Positions 41,063 to 49,700 of a stretch of 64,000 nucleotides of DNA are shown one piece after another. The position numbers were made by a program, and so were the translations under genes. A model generated the notes under the pieces. It did no database searches, was not told the DNA's origin, and saw nothing but the letters and a program-made list of their open reading frames with translations. The stretch covers positions 832,001 through 896,000 of the forward strand of contig CAWJQQ010000009.1 in the NCBI GenBank assembly GCA_963845065.1. Direction: 5' to 3'. Origin of the DNA: Nitrospirota bacterium (GTDB lineage: Bacteria > Nitrospirota > UBA9217). How positions within the stretch are numbered: position 1 is the stretch's first letter; every line of letters begins with the position of its first letter.

Positions 41063-42603
41063 GCCGGCGACATCTGATCGGGGCTGGGAATCTGTTCTGG
41101 TGGTTCATCTTCCTGGTGATTCTGGTCTTCTCATTCAGAATATCGAAGGTAGATGTCGGGTCCCTCATCGGCGGACTATCCCAGTCGTTTGCATTAGGCA
41201 AGGAGATGGTGCCGCCGAATTTTTCGAGGTGGAGGCAGATATTGAGCCTGGCCGTGGAAACTGTGGCCATGGGCTTTTGGGGGACGGTGCTCGGGATGCT
41301 CTTTGCCCTGCCCCTGGGATTTCTGTCGGCCAGGAATACGGCCAAGAATCGGTTCTTATACCACCTCTCCAGGGGACTAGTGATCCTGCTGAGGTCTGTT
41401 CCGGATGTCATTTACGGATTCTTCTTCGTGACCGCATTCGGCCTCGGACCGCAGGCCGGGGTGGCGGCCTTAACCATGGCATCGGTAGGGCTTCTTGGAA
41501 AATTTTACTCTGAAGCGGTGGAAAGCATCGATGAAAAGCCGGTGGAAGCGCTAGCTGCCACGGGCAGCCGCGGCCTCAGCGTCATCCGCCATGCCGTTAT
41601 TCCCCAGGTGCTGCCGTTGTTTACAGGTTACAACCTTTACATGCTCGATCATAATATTCGGGTCGCTCTTGCCTTGGGGGTGGTAGGCGCCGGGGGTCTG
41701 GGTGTGGAGCTTTTTACCCAAATGCGCGCTTTTCATTATCAGAAGGCGGCCGCCATCCTGGTAATCATGTTGGTCATCATTACCATAATAGATCGGACTT
41801 CCGCGAGCATACGAAACAAAATCATTAAAGGCGGCTTCTGGCAGCCCCAGAGCCGCATCCAGGATACAGTACTGGTGATCGTCATAGGATTGTTCATCCT
41901 CATCTCCCTCTTTTCAATTCCGGTGTATCCTAAAGAACTGGTGGCCGGAGTACCGCGTATCTGGACATTGTTGAAAGGTATGGCACCACCCGATTTTTCC
42001 AGACTTTCGGTTTATATAAAATTAATGCTGGAAACCGTGGCCATGGGTATTAGTGGGACCTTTCTGGCGATTGTCCTGGGGGTCCCGCTGGGGTTGCTGG
42101 CGGCCCGGAATGTCACTCGTAATTCGATAATTTATAACGTGGCAAAGGAGCTTACCAACTTTTTCCGGGCAACGCCGGACCTCGTATTTGCCTTGATTTT
42201 CGTAGTAGCGGTCGGTTTGGGACCCTTTGCAGGGGTCTTGGCCCTCGGCCTGAACACAGCCGGATTTTTGGGAAAGTTTTACGCGGAGGCCATAGAAAAT
42301 ATCGACCCAAAACCGGTAGAGGCCGTGGAGGCTTCCGGGGCCAAGTTACTACATCGGATCGCTCACTCCATCTTCCCCCAAGTCCTGCCTCTTTTTAACA
42401 GCTATAACCTGTATATCCTGGATCGGAACATTCGGTATTCCACCATCATGGGCCTAGTAGGCGCAGGCGGCATCGGCTTCGAACTGGTTATGACTTCGAG
42501 AATGTTCGAATATCGCCAGATGGCTGCCATGCTTTTGATTATCCTGGCCACCATTATGCTGGTTGACTGGTTCTCTTCGTATTTAAGAAAGAAGGTAGTG
42601 TAG
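41047..42603 (+). CDS. phnE: Phosphonate ABC permease, tandem PhnE-PhnE fusion
   Basis: Two copies of ETVAMG..GT...PLG.L.ARN...GLGP.AGV.AL...GKFY.EA.E.ID.KPVEA...PQVLPLF..YNLY.LD.NIR. Confidence 0.93.
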   Translation: MRYSVSRRHLIGAGNLFWWFIFLVILVFSFRISKVDVGSLIGGLSQSFALGKEMVPPNFSRWRQILSLAVETVAMGFWGTVLGMLFALPLGFLSARNTAKNRFLYHLSRGLVILLRSVPDVIYGFFFVTAFGLGPQAGVAALTMASVGLLGKFYSEAVESIDEKPVEALAATGSRGLSVIRHAVIPQVLPLFTGYNLYMLDHNIRVALALGVVGAGGLGVELFTQMRAFHYQKAAAILVIMLVIITIIDRTSASIRNKIIKGGFWQPQSRIQDTVLVIVIGLFILISLFSIPVYPKELVAGVPRIWTLLKGMAPPDFSRLSVYIKLMLETVAMGISGTFLAIVLGVPLGLLAARNVTRNSIIYNVAKELTNFFRATPDLVFALIFVVAVGLGPFAGVLALGLNTAGFLGKFYAEAIENIDPKPVEAVEASGAKLLHRIAHSIFPQVLPLFNSYNLYILDRNIRYSTIMGLVGAGGIGFELVMTSRMFEYRQMAAMLLIILATIMLVDWFSSYLRKKVV

Positions 42604-42715
42604 TTATTGAGTTATGGGGTAGTAGACATTCAGATGGCGTTTCCAACAGTCGACGAAGGTTTCTATGTACCATCGGAGCTTGTAAATCTCATTGGTTTTA
42701 GGATCTAGCGGTTTT

Positions 42716-42748
42716 GATGTCCAGCAGTTCTGCTGCGGGGTAATTCAC
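42716..42748 (+). mobile_element. Isolated right end of miniature element family A
   Basis: GATGTCCAGCAGTTCTGCTGCGGGGTAATTCAC resembles the 3' ends at 39240 and 49700. Confidence 0.6.
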
Positions 42749-42776
42749 TTGCAACTTTCTTAGTGATTCTGAACTG

Positions 42777-43004
42777 TTACCTATGCCTCAGTTGTTCTTT
42801 AACACTTCGGCTGACCAGAAGCGGCAAGAAAACCCGTATTTTTGCATCTTTTCTCAGAGCAGCCAGGATCCCCATGTACGCAGGTCGTATTTCCTCAGGG
42901 GACATGTGAAGTTCTTGCGCCAATTTCTGAATTGCGTGAGCATGCTGGTCATTTTCTTTTTCATCATGAAGCGTGTTGATTTTCACTGAACTTTCTTCAA
43001 TCAT
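42777..43004 (-). CDS. Small DUF3562-like protein
   Basis: RBS AAGGAG; AI..LA.E...S.EEI...Y...L..L...AKIR.FLPLLV.R.V.E.L. Confidence 0.7.
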   Translation of the reverse strand: MIEESSVKINTLHDEKENDQHAHAIQKLAQELHMSPEEIRPAYMGILAALRKDAKIRVFLPLLVSRSVKEQLRHR

Positions 43005-43067
43005 ACAATGCTCCTTTCCTCGAGAAGACACAAAAAAAATATGCTTCCACTCGAATGTCTCCGATGC

Positions 43068-43283
43068 TTATTGTTCTCGAAGTGCCTTTGCTAGGAACAA
43101 GGGGCATGTCTCATGATCCTCATTACAGCAGTAAGTTGTTTTTCTGAGACTATCGAGGACCACAGACATGACAGATGCTAAGTAAAGATCGTTTTCACTT
43201 CGCTTGTATGGGCACATCGTGTCATTGACAATGGATATCGTAGAATTAGTTTGAACAGTCAGTCGATAATTATTCACTATCAC
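43068..43283 (-). CDS. Small Cys-rich hypothetical protein
   Basis: CPY...YCCNEDHETCPLFLAKALR; lies directly behind a Pho-type promoter; exact start uncertain. Confidence 0.6.
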   Translation of the reverse strand: MIVNNYRLTVQTNSTISIVNDTMCPYKRSENDLYLASVMSVVLDSLRKTTYCCNEDHETCPLFLAKALREQ

Positions 43284-43299
43284 CTTTCTTTCAATTGAT

Positions 43300-43331
43300 A
43301 GTATAGTCTTTAATTGTTACAGGAATATTAC
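43300..43331 (-). promoter_or_regulatory. Pho-box promoter
   Basis: Minus strand GTAATA-N5-GTAACA, 9 bp, TATACT. Confidence 0.7.
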
Positions 43332-43402
43332 AAGAATAAAAAAATAATTACATTTATTATCAGGACATTATATCGCCACATTCAAAGCAAGCTGAAGTTT
43401 AT

Positions 43403-43522
43403 TGAGCCGCAAGAAACACCAGACTCCTGTCTGGTGATGAAGCGGCAGCCTGCAGGGCTCATGCAAGATTTTCGCATGTAACATTTAAAGAAGCCCCCAA
43501 GCTCCCGCTGGGGGAGTTTCAC
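43403..43522 (+). mobile_element. Miniature IS200/IS605-type element, family B
   Basis: Follows TTTAT; left hairpin CACCAGAC-TCCT-GTCTGGTG inside GCCGC...GCGGC; right hairpin GAAGCCCCCAAGCTCCCGCTGGGGGAG; ends TTCAC. Confidence 0.6.
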
Positions 43523-43697
43523 TTGTCCGACGGACGGTTCATAGACGGGTAAATTAGTTGCTACTGAAATTTCGACCTTATATTTCGCAATCTACAGCAT
43601 TTGGCATGCCATAGCCGTTTCAGGGGATAGTTCCTGTTGTATTATTAACTTTTGTGAATAACAATCCGGGAAATATCTCGTTATGTTTTTTGATTTA

Positions 43698-45010
43698 TTA
43701 GCCCATTAGAATTCCATTATCTTTATTGAATGATGCGAGTTTTCCCAAATCCGGTTGTTTGGTGCCGTTGAACAAATCGCAGGCAGTAAAATATTTTATA
43801 TCCTCGATCCATAGTTTCCTAAACTTTTCATCTCGTATCATCGTTCCGTAAAAATGACGCGGGGATGTGAAAAGCGATATGAGTGGCCCGATCATTTGCG
43901 AAGGGTCCCTGAAACATTCCCAATCGCATCGTCTGCAGGACGCATCTCTATCGGTCCCTGACAGGTCTAAGTCCCAGAATTTGCCGAGGTTCTCGCTTCC
44001 CCTATAGCCACAGGGATACGTATTGCCGTCGCGTGCATCGATAAAGAAATAATCGATTCCTCCTCTACATGAATGATATGCTTGTTCATTCTCAGCCTGT
44101 TGTCGAATGAGCGAATAAAGGGAACTTCTCGGAGAGAAGATCCTGATGCTGTTCCTGAATTTAGGTATTGTATGAAAGAGCGCTTTAAACAATAGCGCTT
44201 TATCGGCTGGAGCATACTTTGTGATCCCAGACGCATTGGTTGCGCCATAGATAGCATTGAGCCCATTCACTGCGCTTTCCTCTATGCTCATAGGGTAACA
44301 GGCGTTCACGATGGTAAACCCCATATTGATGACCAGATTGTAAAATCTCTCAAAGGCCGATCGGTAAAACTCATAGAACTCCGACGGGTCCGAAGACGGC
44401 GGCCGCGATGAACCCCCCACGTTTCTGTTGATACCGAGATTCGCGGATGGGTACATGCCATGTGCATGAAAAATCGGAAGTGCCTTTTCAATACCTCTTA
44501 TCACGCCGGGAAGGCCCCTCATCTCTTCATGCACAGCCGGATCGGCAGAGTCGATGCTTATCCAGAATGTGTAAAGTCCACTATCGACGAGCTGTTCTGC
44601 AATTTTTGCTACCCTGTCCCGGTAGTCAGACCGTTCATGGTTCGCAAAAAGGTAACCATTAGTGCCAGTCCTCGTGTATTTGATGCCCAAGTTTCTCGCA
44701 TATTTCAGCAGATCTACTATTTCATCGATGTACAGCAGAGGCTCTCCACCGGTAAAAGACAATGCCGTGATTCCTTTTTTGGCGGCAGCATCGATGATCC
44801 TTTTTGCAGAGCTATGCTCTAATTTTGAGCGTTTGAAGGCTTAGTTACCCGCATGGAACATTGAGGGCATCGGGCGTTGCACGCGTCGGTATACTGTATG
44901 ACGAGTTGCGCAGGACTGCGACCTTTCAGCAGCGGGAAAAGTGCTTTAAGCGGAGAACAGTATTTTTTTTGGAGGTGCACGTTGGATGTGGTTTTATTAT
45001 TTACAAGCAT
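43698..45010 (-). pseudogene. Radical SAM (SPASM-type) gene split by a single frameshift near 44841
   Basis: N-terminal part (45010-44819) has CNARCPQC; the other frame resumes AFKRSKL...SFTGGEPLL and ends C.GG...YPCGYRG...CRRCDWEC; start overlaps the glycosyltransferase stop. Confidence 0.8.
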
Positions 45011-47420
45011 TTTTCTCTGCCCCGAATTTGTCCTGGAGGATAGTGGAGTATATGTCGTTTTCGTGAGGTTGGTTGTCTTCGATAAACCGTCTGGCTTGTT
45101 TGCCCATACGAATGGCTACCTGTCTGTCCGCTATAAAGAACTGCATGGCGTTGATAAGCGCAGACGCATTATTTCCTTTTACGATGAACCCGCTCTGCCC
45201 ATCCTTAAGCAGCTCCCTGGGGCCGCCCTGGTCAGAGACAATGACAGGAAGACCGGATGCCTGCGCCTCGAGGACGACGTTACCGAAGGTGTCAGTCGTG
45301 CTCGGGAAAACAAAAACATCAGCAGAGGCATAGGCCTGAGAGAGTTCCTCCCTCGATAGAAACCCGGTAAAGAGCACCGGGTAACCCTTCAGCTTCTCCT
45401 CCAACTCTTTGCGGTACGGACCATCTCCGACCAAGATGAGGTTGCTTGCTGAGCCTGAATCCGTCAGGGATATGAATGAGCTCGCCAGGAGTTCCAGGTT
45501 CTTCTCTCGTGACAACCTTCCCACATACAGAAATTTAAGTTCACCGTCAAGTCCGCAGCGGAGCCACAGATTGGGATCCCGTTTTTCCGGCGAGAATGTA
45601 GTTGAGTCAACCCATCGCGGCAACGGCTTTACTTTTTCGGGTACTAACCCTTTTTCTACCAGCTGCGTACGGGTGCTCGATGAGGGGACCATTACCTCTT
45701 CCATGAGGTTGTAGAACCATATCATGTAATTCCAGGCCACATCCTCGAGGAAGGAATCGTTAGTGAGGCTCTTCACATATTGGGGGATGTCTGTATGATA
45801 TGTGCCAGAGATGGGAATATCCATGAGCTTGGCGATGAAGAGCGAAAGCAGCCCCAGAGTGCCGGGCGTACTCGCGTGGATCCTTGTAAATCCTTGCCGG
45901 TCGAAATAATCGATAATATCTAGGACTGGGGGGAAGTGGAGTTGCAATTCCGGATATTCCGGCAAGGCAAACTTTCCGATCGATTTGAAGGTCATCACTC
46001 CGTTTTTGAAACTTGTTTCCTGATCATTTGCCGTAATGACCACAAGTTCGATCCCCCTTTTTTTAGAAGTTTCGGTCAGCCGTTTTATGGTGATGGCGAC
46101 ACCGTTGATCTCCTCCAGAGTATCCGTAAAGAGGGCGATCTTCTGACAACGACCGTTGCCTTCCTGCAGCGAGAACTGCATAGCGAGTTCCCGAACGAGG
46201 TCCTTGCTCCGATGCTGGTGATGAAAAGCTACGTAATAGGGTGATGCAAGGAAATGAATGAATCCGATAGTGACCAAGGAATTCATGATTTCCATAATGC
46301 CTACATGCGGGTATACTCTCGTTAGACGTTCCGAATAGATGTAGATGAGTCTGTTGACGAGATAGCTCGTGACCGTAAAAACTTTTCTGTTAATATCTTC
46401 GGTGCTGATGGTCTGGATGAACTTCGCATCATTGAGAAGCCTTTTTGCTTCGAGGTCAAGGATCTGCTCGAATGTTTTGCCGTCATGGCCGTCGAAGACC
46501 TCGGGAAGGTTCTTTTTAATGAATAGATTGATTTTGTCAGAAAGAGATAATTTCCCGTCGTTCCAGTTAAGCACTCGGATCAGGAGGGCATTGATGAAGG
46601 TGAAGCGGTTGTTCTTCTGCGGCTCGATCTTTTCCTTGAAAAACCGGTAGCCAATGCCGTATATGCTATGTGACAATGTGAGCGCATCGCCGTCCTCTCC
46701 CTCCGCCCGGACCTGCCGGTCCCTGATGGCGGCCATGAAATCCGCGAGATTTTCCCCGCGTTCGGAGGCTGTATAGGCACGCGCTATAAAAAAGCCGCTG
46801 TGATCATCGGACCCGCCGACCATTGATTTTTCCCACGGTTCCTGGCTGTAAGGCATTATTCCGTGTTTATCGACTAGGTTAGCAATATGGTGCTTGTTTA
46901 GAGAAGAGACAAGGTCGCAGATCAGGCTATTATATATTTTGGACCGTGACCCGTTTTTCACTTCGAAAACATCGAAAAGCAGCAGCATTTTTTCGATGGT
47001 CTCCAGCGTGAGCCGCGAGTTCATGTCATAGAGGACATGTGCGAGAAAATGGACGATTTTGTTCTTTTGAAGGTAACCGACGAGTTCATAGATATTCTTC
47101 CGCAAGGACATGATATCGCCGAACATATTCTCTGTGATGTCCAGTACCACTACGTGTAGTTTACACTCGTTTTCAGGAAGGTATGTTGTTACCTCCGTAC
47201 TGATGAACGTTCGAGGCAGATGGGCGATCTCGAGCGCTCCATTTATTGAATTATGATCAGTGATGGTGACATGATGCATGCCTTTCTTTAACGCTGTATC
47301 GTAAATGAATTCAGGTTTTGTGTAGCTTTCAGGGCAATTGAACTTGCGTAGGGTCCAACTGGAGGGCTTGTTCGAGTGGCTTGAATGAACATGTAAATCG
47401 ATTTTATAGTTTTTTAACAT
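44997..47420 (-). CDS. PHP-family phosphoesterase fused to a GT4 (Agt/MgtA-like) glycosyltransferase
   Basis: PHP motifs DLHVHS, TDHNS, STEVT, AH and GGSDDH; GT4 motifs HASTPG.LG, TYHTD.PQY, YVGRLS.EKNL and FVFPSTTDTFGNVVLEAQASGLPV. Confidence 0.9.
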   Translation of the reverse strand: MLKNYKIDLHVHSSHSNKPSSWTLRKFNCPESYTKPEFIYDTALKKGMHHVTITDHNSINGALEIAHLPRTFISTEVTTYLPENECKLHVVVLDITENMFGDIMSLRKNIYELVGYLQKNKIVHFLAHVLYDMNSRLTLETIEKMLLLFDVFEVKNGSRSKIYNSLICDLVSSLNKHHIANLVDKHGIMPYSQEPWEKSMVGGSDDHSGFFIARAYTASERGENLADFMAAIRDRQVRAEGEDGDALTLSHSIYGIGYRFFKEKIEPQKNNRFTFINALLIRVLNWNDGKLSLSDKINLFIKKNLPEVFDGHDGKTFEQILDLEAKRLLNDAKFIQTISTEDINRKVFTVTSYLVNRLIYIYSERLTRVYPHVGIMEIMNSLVTIGFIHFLASPYYVAFHHQHRSKDLVRELAMQFSLQEGNGRCQKIALFTDTLEEINGVAITIKRLTETSKKRGIELVVITANDQETSFKNGVMTFKSIGKFALPEYPELQLHFPPVLDIIDYFDRQGFTRIHASTPGTLGLLSLFIAKLMDIPISGTYHTDIPQYVKSLTNDSFLEDVAWNYMIWFYNLMEEVMVPSSSTRTQLVEKGLVPEKVKPLPRWVDSTTFSPEKRDPNLWLRCGLDGELKFLYVGRLSREKNLELLASSFISLTDSGSASNLILVGDGPYRKELEEKLKGYPVLFTGFLSREELSQAYASADVFVFPSTTDTFGNVVLEAQASGLPVIVSDQGGPRELLKDGQSGFIVKGNNASALINAMQFFIADRQVAIRMGKQARRFIEDNQPHENDIYSTILQDKFGAEKNACK

Positions 47421-47695
47421 ATTCTTTTTTGTATCGTCTCTATTTTCATATTTTTAACTTATTCGTGGTATTTTGATTAAATGGCATTCAGTTATTTCAA
47501 AGGTTAGCGCTTCGATTTGGCGCAAAGAGAATAGAGATGTGTTGGAGTATTTTTATCAGCATCGCCTCCCACCGAGACGTATTCGTCCGCCCTGTTTGGA
47601 TATTACCGCAAAGTATGTGCCGGCGAGCATTGTCATGCCTCTGTTCGACATTAAGCCAAAAAAAATCCAGATACGAACGAAAGAAGTTTCCTTAG

Positions 47696-47926
47696 TTATC
47701 TCGTGATTCCCGTCGACTGTAATTGGCGCATGAAATTTTTTTCGTAATGAGACTTAATATCAAAAGGAAAACAATTACTAATATTATGCTTCAGAACAAT
47801 GTCACGCTTGTTGGACCTAGCTGCAGGCCCATAGACAATCATGGCGAAAAGCCCCGTTGCTATAACCATAAATAACAGCATATCAGCGATTGTTTTTGCT
47901 TGATAGCGATTTATGTCACTATTCAT
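47696..47926 (-). CDS. Small single-TM hypothetical protein
   Basis: RBS GGAGG; one hydrophobic helix; first ORF after the Pho-type promoter. Confidence 0.5.
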   Translation of the reverse strand: MNSDINRYQAKTIADMLLFMVIATGLFAMIVYGPAARSNKRDIVLKHNISNCFPFDIKSHYEKNFMRQLQSTGITR

Positions 47927-48068
47927 GCTTTGACCTCCTGATTCGACGCTGTGTTCGCAGGACAGAACCATCAATTTAGGTTGAGCGAATCCCTGCATAG
48001 AGTCAGTAAAACGAACTACTTTTTATAGAGCATGGATCATATGGGAATAGCAGCCTAGAATTGTTCAA

Positions 48069-48134
48069 AGGGTACCAAATCTTATTTACGCGCGTATTAC
48101 GTTTTGGTTAAGATTGTGTGAAATGAAGTGTGAA
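48069..48134 (-). promoter_or_regulatory. Pho-box promoter facing the PHP-GT4 cluster
   Basis: Minus strand TTCACA (12 bp upstream), then TTCACA, TTAACC, GTAATA, GTAAAT at 11-bp spacing, 9 bp, then TACCCT. Confidence 0.72.
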
Positions 48135-48236
48135 TATTTGGAACGGATTTCCTAAACATTCTGTTACAGGAGACTCTCAACGCTCAACAACCGTCTAAAA
48201 TTCCAGAGATTCTTGACATCCTCCCCGGCCTCACCA

Positions 48237-49559
48237 GGCTGTCCGACAATTCCTATTTGATATGGTAGAATAGGATGAAATAAATCGGACAAGGAGAGCG
48301 GGAGATGACATACATACCCTCGCACAAAGACCAAGCGTGGTTATTACCACCGAGCATAGAGGAGTTGATTCCTGAGGACCATATCTGCTTTTTGGTAGAA
48401 AGCATTGTGGATAATCTTGATTACCAGGCATTCGACATCAAATACTCCGGCGCAGGACATCCTGCCTATCATCCAAGTATCCTGCTAAAGCTCTTGGTCA
48501 TGGGAGTCCTGGACAGAGTGCGGTCTTCACGCCGTCTTGCCCGGAATGCCCGCGAAAACGTGGTGTACCTGTATTTATCCGAGAAGCTAACTCCTGATTT
48601 CAGGACGATTAGCGACTTTCGAAAGGACAACCCAGCTCTCGTAAAGGAAGTGTTTAAGCACACAGTAAGCTTTGCGAGGCAAGAAGGCCTTCTCGACCTG
48701 TCTCATCTTTCGACGGACGGGAGCAAGGTAAAAGCCAATGCATCGAACCAGAGAGTGATGAATAAGGATGAACTAAGAGTTTTGCTGAAATTTGTCGACG
48801 ACGAGCTTGAGGAATGGTCAAGACAGGATAGCCGGGAAGACAGCGAGTTCGGCGACTTGCGGGGAAGCGATCAGTTGCCGCAACAGAGCAAGAAGACCAT
48901 TCGGAAAGCGGCACAATATTACATCAAGAAGGTCCGTGAGAAAGGGCCGTCTTTTAAAGAAGAAGTACAAAATCGTCTTGAAAATGCCAAGAGGGAAGCA
49001 GACGACCAGAAGCTAAAGAAGGTCAGCATCACTGACCCGGAAAGCCGCTTTATGAAGAACAAGAAAGGTCGGATCGAGCTATCCTATAGTCCTCAGATCA
49101 CGGTAGACAAAGAAGGGTTCATCCTAGCGAATGACGTGACGCAGAGCCCCGTCGATACCGGGCAGCTGCAACCTCAGGTTTTCCAAACAGAAGAGAACGT
49201 GGGACGGATGCCTGAAGGTGTTGCCTGGAGTTTTGATGCGGCCTACTTTGAAGGCGCTAATATCAGGTTTCTGGCAGACAGGAAGATCGATGGCTACATA
49301 CCGGATAACAATGAAAAGAAAGGAGTAGCTCCCTTTGACAAGGAGCATTTTGAATACGACGCGATCAGGGATGAATATTGATGCCCGGGAAACAAGCCGC
49401 TACCCTTTCTGGGAGCACATTTTGACAAGCTGAAGAACAAGATATATAAAGGTAATGCATGCCCTACTTGCCAGAGCCAGAGCAAATGTACGAAGCGGAA
49501 AGATGGGATACGATATCTCAAGATGTATCCATGGGAGACAGAGAGAAACTCCATTTTAT
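48237..49559 (+). mobile_element. Truncated IS1182-family element; transposase pseudogene from 48305
   Basis: LLPPSIEELIPEDH, G.PAYHP..LLKLL, RSSRRL, PDFRTISDFR, DGSKVKANAS, TDPESRFMK and DAAY motifs; internal TGA at 49379-49381 with the frame continuing CPGNKPL...CPTC; cut by the miniature element at 49560; left end approximate. Confidence 0.85.
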
Positions 49560-49700
49560 AAAAGCGTCCTCAAATACCCAGCAGCTCTGCTGCTGGGATG
49601 AAAAGGACATCCTGACGGAGTCAGGATTAGCCTTTTGTTTCGACGTGTCTTTAGGTTTCAAGGCCAGATGCCCCGCAGCTCTGCTGCGGGGTACTTTCAC
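49560..49700 (+). mobile_element. Miniature IS200/IS605-type element, family A copy 2
   Basis: Follows TTTAT; homologous to 39096-39240; CCCCGCAGCTCTGCTGCGGGG hairpin; ends TTCAC. Confidence 0.78.

Noticed and set aside
49379..49381. In-frame TGA as selenocysteine or recoding
   Set aside because: It lies in a truncated transposase at a position compatible with a nonsense mutation; other genes in the window use TGA as a normal stop
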